A stretch of DNA of 42,047 nucleotides from an uncultured Chthoniobacterales bacterium (GCA_964250705.1 CAXUHC010000002.1:1-42047); one strand, 5' to 3'. Shown: positions 8,583-17,038, counted from the stretch's first letter. The notes: generated by a model from the sequence alone, not told the origin. A program made the numbers and translations.

Positions 8583-8993
8583 ATGACCACCGCCAACCGC
8601 TACGCCAACGCTTACCGCACCGTCAGCGTCGAGACGGCCAGCCCGGCCAAGATCGTCCTGATGCTCTTCGACGGTGCCATCGGCTTCCTCAACCGCGCCC
8701 TCAACGGCTTCGAGCAGGAAACTCTCATCACCCGCAACGAGATCATCAACAACAACCTCGTTAAAACCCAGCGCATCCTCAACGAGTTGCGCGCGAGTCT
8801 GGACGTGGACGCAGGCGGTGAACTGGCCCTGACCCTCCACCGTCTCTACGATTACATGGAGGAGCAGCTCCGCCAGGCGAACTTCAAGAAGGACCGCGCC
8901 CCGATCCTCGTCACGCAGGAGTTACTTGGCGAACTGCGCGAGGGTTGGTCCGGGATGATGCAGGGCCAACCTGCCACGCTCGCCGCCGCCTGA
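8583..8993 (+). CDS. fliS: Flagellin export chaperone FliS
   Basis: AY...VETASPAKIVLMLFDGAI, ILNELRASLD..GGELA..L..LYDY, LREGW. Confidence 0.96.
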   Translation: MTTANRYANAYRTVSVETASPAKIVLMLFDGAIGFLNRALNGFEQETLITRNEIINNNLVKTQRILNELRASLDVDAGGELALTLHRLYDYMEEQLRQANFKKDRAPILVTQELLGELREGWSGMMQGQPATLAAA

Positions 8994-9006
8994 AGCCTCG
9001 CTCGCC

Positions 9007-9396
9007 ATGCGCTCCGACTCCGAGAAGGATTTCTGGCGTTTGCTGGCGGACTACGAGGCCCTGACCCAACAGGAAGCCGTCGCCATCCAGCACGAAAACT
9101 TTGCGGCGCTCATCGAGACGCAACGCCTCAAGACGTCGATCTTCCCCGGGTGGCTGCAACTCGGGGCCCGGCTCGGCATCAGCCGCGAGGCGAGTGCCGA
9201 GTTGGACGACCGTCTCGACGGCCTGGCCGCCGTGGAAAACGACAATTTGCACGCACTGACCGTCATCAAAGAGTCCGCGCGCAAGCGTCTCGCAGAACTC
9301 GCGCAAGCGCGGGTGCGACTTCAGCATCTTCGGCGCAATTATCATGAGAACGAAATTCCCGGTGCCGTCCCGGTGGGATTTGTCGCCCACGGCTGA
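9007..9396 (+). CDS. FliT/FlgN-like flagellar export chaperone (helical, 129 aa)
   Basis: Directly after fliS, all-helical, LTQQEAVAI..ENF..L...Q..K pattern and a C-terminal 'RRNY'. Confidence 0.55.
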   Translation: MRSDSEKDFWRLLADYEALTQQEAVAIQHENFAALIETQRLKTSIFPGWLQLGARLGISREASAELDDRLDGLAAVENDNLHALTVIKESARKRLAELAQARVRLQHLRRNYHENEIPGAVPVGFVAHG

Positions 9397-9409
9397 TTTC
9401 CCCTTCGGC

Positions 9410-10123
9410 ATGGCTGCCCTCGCTGCCGCTCCGGCCAACGAACCACTTTCCGACGCGGCGGCGGAGCATGCACCCGGGTCGGAAGCGTTTTACGAGGCGA
9501 CCGGGTCAGAGGCGGTTCGACAGCTCACGCTCGGGTTGGTGCACGAGATGAACAACGTGCTCGGGGGAATCGCCGTGCTCAGCGAGATCTACCAAGACCG
9601 ATCCGGCGAAGACAGCGGGCTCGGCGAGGGCCTCGCCTTGATTCACAAAAGCACCGGACGGCTGCAAACCCTGGTCGGCCAACTCAAAGCTCTCAACGGG
9701 CCAGCGGTCGAAGACCCGGTCTACCTGAACCTGTCGGATACGATCCGGGTGATGTTTGAAATGTTTGCGCCGCTGCTGCCCAAGACTCTCACGGTTGAAA
9801 CGGCGTTTCCGATGGAGGAATTGGCGGTGCATCTGGACCAAGCGCGGTTGCGGAGGATTGTCCTCAACCTCACGCTCAACCTGCGGGACGATCTCGACCG
9901 TCATCCCCAGGCCGCCGGGACCCTGCGCGTCGGAGTCCGCCACCGGGACGACACGGTCGAATTGGCCCTGTCCGCCCGCAGTCGCGTCGATGACCCGGTG
10001 CCCCCTACCCCCGACGCGCGGGCACGGCTGGACGATGCCCGACGGGGGTTGCTCGCAATGGGCGGCACGCTAATCGCTTTGTCAAACCGGGAATACATTC
10101 TCGTGTTGCCGCTGGTGATTTGA
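9410..10123 (+). CDS. Sensor-less histidine-kinase-like protein with a degenerate ATP-binding domain (pseudokinase/phosphotransferase)
   Basis: H-box LVHEMNNVLGGI and N-box-like IVLNLTLNLRD are present, but there is no DxGxG, F or GxGxG box and no sensor or TM domain. Confidence 0.75.
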   Translation: MAALAAAPANEPLSDAAAEHAPGSEAFYEATGSEAVRQLTLGLVHEMNNVLGGIAVLSEIYQDRSGEDSGLGEGLALIHKSTGRLQTLVGQLKALNGPAVEDPVYLNLSDTIRVMFEMFAPLLPKTLTVETAFPMEELAVHLDQARLRRIVLNLTLNLRDDLDRHPQAAGTLRVGVRHRDDTVELALSARSRVDDPVPPTPDARARLDDARRGLLAMGGTLIALSNREYILVLPLVI

Positions 10124-10152
10124 CCACCACTCCACTTTTCCACGTCCCTCCC

Positions 10153-11415
10153 ATGTCTGATCTCAACACCGTCCTGCTGGTAGACGACGACGCGCGGCTG
10201 CTCGAACTCCTCAAGATGTCCATCTTGGAGGAGGGCTGCGAGGTCGTCGCCGTGCTGGATCCCCGCGAGGCGCTCGAACACGTCCGCAAGACGCCGTTCG
10301 CCGTGATCATTTCCGATCAGAACATGGAGAGCATGAAGGGCCTGGATTTCCTGGCCCGCGCGCGGCAAATCCAGCCGGACGCCTCGCAGGTCCTCGTCAC
10401 CGGCATGTTGACGTTGGACCTCGCGATGGAAGCGATCAACCGGGGCGAGATTTTTCGGTTTATCGCCAAGCCATGGGTCCATGCCGAGCTCTCGGCCACC
10501 CTGCAAAATGCCCTCGCCCGCTGCAACCTGTTGCGCACTAACCGGCGGCTCCAGGAGGAAACTGTCGCACTGAACAAACAGTTGGCAGAGGTCAACGCCA
10601 AGCTACAGGGGAAAAACTTCGCGCTGGCGGAACAAAAGGTCAGCGTGGATCAAGCGTTCGGCGAGTTGAAGCTGAACTTCGATCATTCGCTGGAAATCTG
10701 CCACCGGATGCTGACGAGTTTCCACCCGGCGCTGGGCGCGCAGGTCAAGGCCGTGGTGGAAATCTGCAAACGCATGGCCGCCAGCGGTCGGCTCACGGAA
10801 GCGGAGGGCCACACTTTGACGGTCGCCGCCTGGTTATACGACATTGGCCTGATCGGCCTGCCGCGCCGACTATGGCGGCGGATGCACTCGCCCAAGATGC
10901 AGGCCACGCTGACCGAGGAGGAGCGGCAGGCGCTCCACATCCATCCGGTGCACGGGCAGAGCCTGGCGGCTTTCGTGGCGAGGCTCAAGCCGGTGGGCGA
11001 AACCATCCGCGGACACCACGAACGCTGGGACGGCAAAGGTTACCCCGACGGTCTGGCGGGCGAGATGATCCCGTGGACGGCGCGTTGTCTGGCGGTCGCG
11101 GTTTATTTCGTCGAAACCGGGCTGCCGCCGGACCAGGCGGCGGCGGCGGTGCTGGAGCGTTCCGGGTCGTGGTTCGATCCGGAAGCCGTGCGACTGATCG
11201 TAAGGGTCATGTCGGGGTTGGCCATCCCGAAGATGGCGCGGGAGGTCTTGCTGGACGAGTTGAAGCCGGGCATGTCGCTGGCGCGCGGGCTCTACAGCTC
11301 GGCGGGGGTATTGCTTTTTCCGGAGGAGCAGCGGCTCAACGACGCGCTGATTTCCAAGATACAGAAACACCACATGCTGAACACGATCACCCAGCGTTTG
11401 CTGGTGTACGGGTAA
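10153..11415 (+). CDS. REC + coiled coil + degenerate HD-GYP protein (RpfG-like)
   Basis: Intact REC (VDDD, SD, TG, KPW). HD-GYP domain has HHERWDGKGYPDGL but YD in place of HD. C-terminal LKPGMSLAR accessory motif. Confidence 0.88.
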   Translation: MSDLNTVLLVDDDARLLELLKMSILEEGCEVVAVLDPREALEHVRKTPFAVIISDQNMESMKGLDFLARARQIQPDASQVLVTGMLTLDLAMEAINRGEIFRFIAKPWVHAELSATLQNALARCNLLRTNRRLQEETVALNKQLAEVNAKLQGKNFALAEQKVSVDQAFGELKLNFDHSLEICHRMLTSFHPALGAQVKAVVEICKRMAASGRLTEAEGHTLTVAAWLYDIGLIGLPRRLWRRMHSPKMQATLTEEERQALHIHPVHGQSLAAFVARLKPVGETIRGHHERWDGKGYPDGLAGEMIPWTARCLAVAVYFVETGLPPDQAAAAVLERSGSWFDPEAVRLIVRVMSGLAIPKMAREVLLDELKPGMSLARGLYSSAGVLLFPEEQRLNDALISKIQKHHMLNTITQRLLVYG

Positions 11416-11451
11416 GCGACGTGCTTTTGGGAAGCCAAGCTGCAAAGAAAT

Positions 11452-11478
11452 GGCAGTTTCTGCCGGGCAGAAGTTTCC
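11452..11478. promoter_or_regulatory. Tandem GGNA-N5-TNCC dyads, probable enhancers of the flgF promoter
   Basis: GGCAGTTTCTGCC (11452-11464) and GGCAGAAGTTTCC (11466-11478), the same motif as upstream of flgB. Confidence 0.55.
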
Positions 11479-11531
11479 TCCGGCCCGGGAGCAAGGGGAG
11501 AAAGCCTCGCGTTCCCTCTGTAAAAGCGTAC

Positions 11532-11547
11532 TGGCATGGCGGTTGCT
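11532..11547 (+). promoter_or_regulatory. sigma54 promoter of flgF
   Basis: TGGCATGGCGGTTGCT, ending 12 nt upstream of ATG 11560. Confidence 0.88.
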
Positions 11548-11559
11548 TAAAGGCCCGGC

Positions 11560-12303
11560 ATGAACATCGGACTCTACCAGGGCGCTGCCTCCATGCAGGC
11601 GTTGGAACAGTGGCAGGCCGCCGTGTCGCAAAACCTCGCGGCATCCACCGTCCCGGGTTACAAGAAGATCGATGTCGATTTCGACGCCGTACTCAACCCC
11701 AACTCCAAGCAGAGCGCGACCGACCAGAGCGGCACCAGCGCGATGCCGCAAGCCACCATGCGGCGCGATTTTTCCCAGGGTGAAATGCACGCCACGGGAT
11801 TGCCGGAGAATCTGGCCATCCAAGGCAAGGGATATTTCCAGGTGCAGGGTCCCGACGGCAAGCCCGCCTACACCCGCGACGGCGAGTTTCACCGCAGTTC
11901 CACCAACGCCCTGGTGACGAAAACCGCCCTGCCCGTGTTGGGGCAGGGCGGCTCGCCCATCCAGTTTGACCCGAAGAAGGGCGCGCCCGTCATCGGCGAG
12001 GACGGGCGGATTTCCCAGGACGGCACCGAGGTCGCGCGCATCGGCGTATTTACGTTTGACGAGACCAAGGCCCGGCAACTCAACGGCGGCTTGACCCGAC
12101 CGGCCGACAGCAAAAAAGCCAGCCCTGTCGAAGCGCCCAAGGTGGAGTCCGGCTTTCTCGAGGGCAGCAATGTCTCCCCGTTGCGTTCTATGGTCGAACT
12201 CATCACCGTACAGCGCGCCTACGAAGCCAACCAGAAGGCCATCGGCGCACATGACCAGCGGCTTTCCTCCGCGATCCAGATTCTCGGCAATCCGCAGGGC
12301 TAA
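11560..12303 (+). CDS. flgF: Flagellar basal-body rod protein FlgF
   Basis: SQNLAASTVPGYK, LAIQGKGYF, YTRDGEF, LEGSNV..MVELI..QRAYEAN. Lies upstream of flgG. Confidence 0.88.
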   Translation: MNIGLYQGAASMQALEQWQAAVSQNLAASTVPGYKKIDVDFDAVLNPNSKQSATDQSGTSAMPQATMRRDFSQGEMHATGLPENLAIQGKGYFQVQGPDGKPAYTRDGEFHRSSTNALVTKTALPVLGQGGSPIQFDPKKGAPVIGEDGRISQDGTEVARIGVFTFDETKARQLNGGLTRPADSKKASPVEAPKVESGFLEGSNVSPLRSMVELITVQRAYEANQKAIGAHDQRLSSAIQILGNPQG

Positions 12304-12313
12304 CCTGATTTTT

Positions 12314-13096
12314 ATGCTCCAATCTCTCAGTTCCGCGGCCACCGGCATGGAGGCCCAGCAGCTCAACCTGAACACGATCTCCAACAACCTGGCGAACGTC
12401 AATACGACCGGGTACAAGCGTTCCAAGATCGAGTTCCAAGACATGCTTTACCAGCAGCAGCGCACGGCAGGGTCGGATACGAGCGATAGCAACGTGCTGC
12501 CCAGCGGCGTGGAACTCGGCAACGGCGCGCGGGTGGTTTCAACGGCCAAGGTCTTCACCCAGGGCCAACTCAAGGAGACCGACGACAAGATGGACATTGC
12601 CCTGCAGGGCGACGGGTTCCTGGAAGTGCAGATGCCCGACGGCAGCAAAGCCTACACCCGCGACGGGTCGCTCAAGGTAGCAGCCGATGGCAAGGTGACC
12701 ACCAGCGAGGGACTTACCGTGCTCAGCGGTTTCCAGCCGATCACGGTGGGCGCGACCGACGTGGCCATCGCGGGCAACGGGCAGGTGTCGGTCACCACTG
12801 CCAAGGGCAAGCAGAATTTCCAGATCCAACTCACCCGCTTCAACAACGCGGCTGGTCTGCGCAGCCTGGGCGGAAACCTGTACGCCGAGACGCCCGCCAG
12901 CGGCACCCCGGAAGCGGGCAAGCCCGGCGAGGATGGGCTGGCCACGATCCAGCAAGGGTTTCTCGAAACGTCCAACGTCAACGTCGCCGAGGAAATGGTG
13001 AACATGATCATGGCGCAACGGGCTTACGAGATCAACTCCAAGTCGATCCAGAGTTCCGACGAAATGCTGCAAACGGTGAACCAGCTCAAACGCTGA
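12314..13096 (+). CDS. flgG: Flagellar distal rod protein FlgG
   Basis: MLQSLSSAATGMEAQQ..ISNNLANVNTTGYK..FQDMLYQ; 260 aa from ATG 12314. Confidence 0.97.
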   Translation: MLQSLSSAATGMEAQQLNLNTISNNLANVNTTGYKRSKIEFQDMLYQQQRTAGSDTSDSNVLPSGVELGNGARVVSTAKVFTQGQLKETDDKMDIALQGDGFLEVQMPDGSKAYTRDGSLKVAADGKVTTSEGLTVLSGFQPITVGATDVAIAGNGQVSVTTAKGKQNFQIQLTRFNNAAGLRSLGGNLYAETPASGTPEAGKPGEDGLATIQQGFLETSNVNVAEEMVNMIMAQRAYEINSKSIQSSDEMLQTVNQLKR

Positions 13097-13117
13097 TCCC
13101 CGCAACCCTTCTTCGAC

Positions 13118-13918
13118 TTGAAAACGCTTTGCTCATGCCTGTGCGGAATTCTACTCGGCGTGGCGTCCACCCAGCAGGCTGATGGACAAATCGACAGCAT
13201 CCTGGCTCCCGTCACCCCAGCGGTAAGCGCACCGGCAACCACGCGGGTTGCCCTCCCGGCGGCCCGGTCCGCCATGCGGCTCGGAGAGCCCGAACTTTTC
13301 GAGCGGCTGGCACGGCGTCTGACCGACCGGCTGGCGCTGGAGGATGGCGAGCTATCCCTTTCGCCCGTGACGCCTTGGACGCCCATCGAGTTGCCCGCCG
13401 GGACATGGGACGCGGCCTTGATCGAAGCGCCCGACGTGAAAGGTCTCACGTCGAGTTTTTACCTGCACTTTCGCGTGGAAGTCGGCGACCGGCAGGTCGG
13501 CGAATGGCAGGTTCCCGTGCGCGCGCAACTGGCGCAAGAAGTGTGGGTCGCCACGCGGCGGTTGGCGCGCGGCGAAACGCCCGACGCTTCGGCGGACTTG
13601 GAAAAACGCCGCCTCAACGTGCTCGCCGAACGGCAGTCGCCGATCCCCGCGCGCACCGCGCTCGACGGCTATGAATTCGCGCAAACCGTGGCCGCCGGAC
13701 AGCCCCTCACATGGCGCGACCTTTCTCCGCGCACGCTGGTACATCGCGGGCAGGTCGTAAACGTCGTCGCGGCGGACGGCCCGTTCAGCATTTCCATGAA
13801 GGCCCTCGCCACACAGGACGGTGCAAACGGCGCGATGGTGCGCGTGCGCAACCTCAACAGCCAGCGCGACATCGAAGCGCGGGTCGTCGGCGAAAACAAA
13901 GTCCAGGTGAGATTTTGA
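13118..13918 (+). CDS. flgA: P-ring assembly chaperone FlgA
   Basis: Signal peptide, SAF-like region and C-terminal LVHRGQVV...ALATQDGANGAMVRVRNLNS. Sits between flgG and flgH; start codon uncertain. Confidence 0.9.
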   Translation: MKTLCSCLCGILLGVASTQQADGQIDSILAPVTPAVSAPATTRVALPAARSAMRLGEPELFERLARRLTDRLALEDGELSLSPVTPWTPIELPAGTWDAALIEAPDVKGLTSSFYLHFRVEVGDRQVGEWQVPVRAQLAQEVWVATRRLARGETPDASADLEKRRLNVLAERQSPIPARTALDGYEFAQTVAAGQPLTWRDLSPRTLVHRGQVVNVVAADGPFSISMKALATQDGANGAMVRVRNLNSQRDIEARVVGENKVQVRF

Positions 13919-13941
13919 TTACCCGCAATCATTCCCGAGCG

Positions 13942-14757
13942 ATGAACCTTGTTATTCGGATCACCCGTTTTGTCAGCTCAGCGGCACTCGGGTTGCTTTT
14001 CGCCCCCCATGTCATCAAAGCAGGCCCTGACGACAACCGCCGGGGGAATGCTTCGGCATTGATTCCCGGCTACAGCCAGAGCGCCCGCAACCAGACGGCA
14101 GTCGTGACGGAAACCGACGCCAAGATCGACGTGCGCCGGGCGACGCCGGTGCTCGATCCGCGCGACGCGACGCGGCTTTCCACCGGGTCACTCTGGAAGG
14201 ACGGCGTGACCAACGAATACGGCATGTTCGCCGACCGGAAGGCGCGGCGGCGCGGGGACGTGTTGACCATTGTGGTGGCCGAGAACATGACCATCACCAA
14301 TTCGATTGACCAGCAAACCAGCAAGTCCAACAGCTTGAGCAACAGTCTCATCGATCAATATTTGCTGAACTTGCCGAAGGATCTGCACATTGCCAAACGG
14401 TCGCCGACGGCCAGCGTCACCGCGGACAACGCGCTGGGCCTGACCACCGCGTCCAAGGGCAACGCGCAGACCAATCAGCAGCAGAGCCTGACCGCGCGGG
14501 CGGCGGTGACGGTGATGGACGTGCTGCCCAACGGCAACCTCGTCGTCGAGGGGACCCGGATCGTGTCCTTCAGCGGGGAGACAAAATATGCCGAGCTGAG
14601 CGGCATTGTTCGCCACGACGACGTCGCGCCGGACAACACGGTCATTTCCACGAACATCGCCGACGCCAAGGTAAAATTTATTTCCGAGGGCAGCCTGACC
14701 GACGCACAGAAGAAGGGCTGGCTGTCGCGCGGCATTGACCGATTCAACCCGTTGTAA
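13942..14757 (+). CDS. flgH: Flagellar L-ring protein FlgH (no lipobox cysteine)
   Basis: GSLW...MFADRKARRRGDVLTIVV.E, VMDVLPNGNLVVEG, SGIVR..D...DN..ST.IADA, GWL. Confidence 0.95.
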   Translation: MNLVIRITRFVSSAALGLLFAPHVIKAGPDDNRRGNASALIPGYSQSARNQTAVVTETDAKIDVRRATPVLDPRDATRLSTGSLWKDGVTNEYGMFADRKARRRGDVLTIVVAENMTITNSIDQQTSKSNSLSNSLIDQYLLNLPKDLHIAKRSPTASVTADNALGLTTASKGNAQTNQQQSLTARAAVTVMDVLPNGNLVVEGTRIVSFSGETKYAELSGIVRHDDVAPDNTVISTNIADAKVKFISEGSLTDAQKKGWLSRGIDRFNPL

Positions 14758-14761
14758 AACC

Positions 14762-14777
14762 GGGCATCCAATTTGCT
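14762..14777 (+). promoter_or_regulatory. Internal sigma54 promoter of flgI-flgJ-flgN
   Basis: GGGCATCCAATTTGCT (GG-N10-GC with GGCAT and TTGCT cores) in the flgH-flgI gap. Confidence 0.7.
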
Positions 14778-14820
14778 CAGGGTGCGAAGTGACCGCCCAC
14801 GCCTCCAATTCTCTGCCGAC

Positions 14821-15951
14821 ATGACTTTTTTGCCTACCACCCCTGGCACCCTTCAGCGAGCGGTCCTGTTTGCCGCCGTGCTCGTGCTCGGCACGGCAGC
14901 CGCGCAGGCCACGCGGATCAAGGATGTGACGATGGTCGAAGGTGGCCGCGACAATCAACTCATCGGCTACGGGCTCGTCGTGGGTCTCGCGGGAGACGGC
15001 GACGGCAAGGTCAACTTCACCGTGCAGAGCGTGGCCAACGCGCTCAAGCGGTTCAACATCGATGTGCCGGCGGGCGACATCAAGAGCGGCAACGTGGCGG
15101 CAGTGATGGTCACCGCCGACATGGGGCCGTTCCGCAAATCCGGCAGCCGGTTGGACGTGACCGTGTCTTCCATTGGCGACGCGAAGAGTCTCCAGGGAGG
15201 CATCCTGCTGCAAACGCCGCTGCTCGGAGCGGACGACAAAGTTTATGCCGTGGCTCAGGGGCCGTTGGCGCTGGGCGGGTTTGTGGGCGGCTCCGGTGGC
15301 GCGGGCGGCGCGACGGTGCAGAAAAATCATCCAACGGTCGGCACGATCACCGGCGGGGCCATCGTCGAACGCGAGGTTCCCACCCAGTTCGCGCCGAACG
15401 GCAGCATGAATCTTCTGCTGCGGTCGCCGGATTTCTCCACGGCGGCGCGGGTGGCGGAGGCCATCAACAAGAAGTATCCCGGCTCTTCGTTGGCGAAGGA
15501 TGCCTCGACGGTGAGCGTTTACGTGCCCGCGCAATTCCTGAGTGATTTCAAGGAGGTCAATTTCCTGGCGGACATCGGCGCGCTCGACGTGGTGCCGGAT
15601 TCGGTGGCACGCGTCATCATCAACGAACGCACGGGTACGATCATCGCCACGGCGGACGTGCGCATCTCGCGGGTGGCCATCAGCCACGGCTCGCTGACGA
15701 TCACGGTGGCCAACAACACGGCGGCCAGTCAGCCCGCGGCTTTTTCGGGCGGCACGACCTCGCAGCAGAGTTCCACGCAGACCGATGTCACCGAAGGCAA
15801 AGGTGCCTTTGCGGTGGTCGACGATTCGCCGACCATCGAACGGGTGGCGTCCGCGCTCAACGCGCTAGGGGTAACCACGCGGGACATGATGGCGATTTTC
15901 CAGGCGCTCAAGCAGGCCGGTGCGTTGCAGGCCGAACTTGTCATGGAGTGA
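14821..15951 (+). CDS. flgI: Flagellar P-ring protein FlgI
   Basis: RIKD...G.RDNQLIGYGLVVGLAGDGD, DVTVSSIGDAKSLQGG.LL.TPL, AGALQAEL. Confidence 0.97.
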   Translation: MTFLPTTPGTLQRAVLFAAVLVLGTAAAQATRIKDVTMVEGGRDNQLIGYGLVVGLAGDGDGKVNFTVQSVANALKRFNIDVPAGDIKSGNVAAVMVTADMGPFRKSGSRLDVTVSSIGDAKSLQGGILLQTPLLGADDKVYAVAQGPLALGGFVGGSGGAGGATVQKNHPTVGTITGGAIVEREVPTQFAPNGSMNLLLRSPDFSTAARVAEAINKKYPGSSLAKDASTVSVYVPAQFLSDFKEVNFLADIGALDVVPDSVARVIINERTGTIIATADVRISRVAISHGSLTITVANNTAASQPAAFSGGTTSQQSSTQTDVTEGKGAFAVVDDSPTIERVASALNALGVTTRDMMAIFQALKQAGALQAELVME

Positions 15952-15956
15952 CTTTT

Positions 15957-16295
15957 ATGAACATCCCATCTCTCAACGCTCATTTGCCGAAGATGACGGA
16001 CGCCGCGATGAAGAAAGGAGCGACCTCGGCTCAGGATGCGAAAAAGATCGAGGATTCTGCCAAGCAGTTCGAGGCGATGATGATCCGGCAGGTCTTGAGT
16101 GACACCTTCAAGCCATCGCCCACGGCGGCGAAGGGCCAGTCGATGCCGGGCAGCGACATTTACCAATCCTTCATGACGGACACCGTCGCCGACAGCATCA
16201 GCAAGGGAGGCTCGCTCGGGATTTCTCATCTGTTCCAGAGCCAATTGCTGCCCGCCGATGCGTCGCACGCCGCCAGCCGGAAACCTATCGTATGA
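15957..16295 (+). CDS. flgJ: Single-domain FlgJ (rod-capping domain only)
   Basis: AKQFEAMMIRQVL...YQSFMTDTVADSISKGGSLGI; 112 aa with no glucosaminidase domain. Follows flgI. Confidence 0.85.
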   Translation: MNIPSLNAHLPKMTDAAMKKGATSAQDAKKIEDSAKQFEAMMIRQVLSDTFKPSPTAAKGQSMPGSDIYQSFMTDTVADSISKGGSLGISHLFQSQLLPADASHAASRKPIV

Positions 16296-16810
16296 ACGTT
16301 CCTGCCGAAGAAACCCGTGCGTTGATCGACGCCCTGCGCGACGAACTCCAGGAGTACGGAGCACTCCTGCACTTGTTGAAGGACCAGCAAACCGCGCTCG
16401 TGCGCCGACAGCCCGAGCAAGTACTGACCCTCAGCGGGAGCATCGAAGCGCACCTGCCGATCGTCACGCTGGCACGCCACCAGCGGCAGGAAGAACTGCG
16501 CACGCTCGCGGGCAAACGGGAAATCGCCGATGAGAAAGCGCCGATTCGCCTGGCGGATTTGCTGCCGCACTTCCAGACCAGCGTGGCACCGATGATCCGG
16601 GGGCTCGTTGAAGAGATTAACCGGCTGGTTTCGCAGGTCAGCCGGTTCGCCCACCAGAATCAGATGCTGCTCGTCCGAGCGGTCGAATCCACACAGGCCG
16701 CATTGCAGACGGTGCAGCCCAGTGTGGTTCATAAGACCTATTCCCCGGCGGGCAAGGTGCTCATGAATCTCACGACACGGTACACGGAAGAGATCCGCTG
16801 CGTGGCGTGA
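16292..16810 (+). CDS. flgN: FlgN export chaperone for FlgK/FlgL
   Basis: Helical, L..LL..QQ.AL...NQMLL...TY..G pattern, upstream of flgK. Confidence 0.8.
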   Translation: MNVPAEETRALIDALRDELQEYGALLHLLKDQQTALVRRQPEQVLTLSGSIEAHLPIVTLARHQRQEELRTLAGKREIADEKAPIRLADLLPHFQTSVAPMIRGLVEEINRLVSQVSRFAHQNQMLLVRAVESTQAALQTVQPSVVHKTYSPAGKVLMNLTTRYTEEIRCVA

Positions 16811-16906
16811 AACGCGCGCGGGTGGGTGGAGCACCCACGGAGAAAGCGTCGGGCGCGGTACGAAAGGTGCTCAAAACTCCTTGGCTCTCGCTGATCCAAA
16901 GAGGTC

Positions 16907-16984
16907 GGCCAACCTTGGAATAATGCGTTAAGAGGTCGAAGAAACGACCGATAGGAAAGTGGACGACGCGTTCCCAAGTTGGCC
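16907..16984. repeat. 14-bp imperfect inverted repeat flanking the flgK sigma28 promoter
   Basis: GGCCAACCTTGGAA (16907-16920) versus TTCCCAAGTTGGCC (16971-16984; reverse complement GGCCAACTTGGGAA), 12/14 identical. Confidence 0.6.
16928..16954 (+). promoter_or_regulatory. sigma28 promoter of flgK-flgL
   Basis: TTAA-N15-ACCGATAG upstream of flgK. Confidence 0.75.
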
Positions 16985-17038
16985 TTCATCGTAAGGGGCG
17001 GCGCGAACCATGACGGTTTATCCTTTCACATTTTCGCC

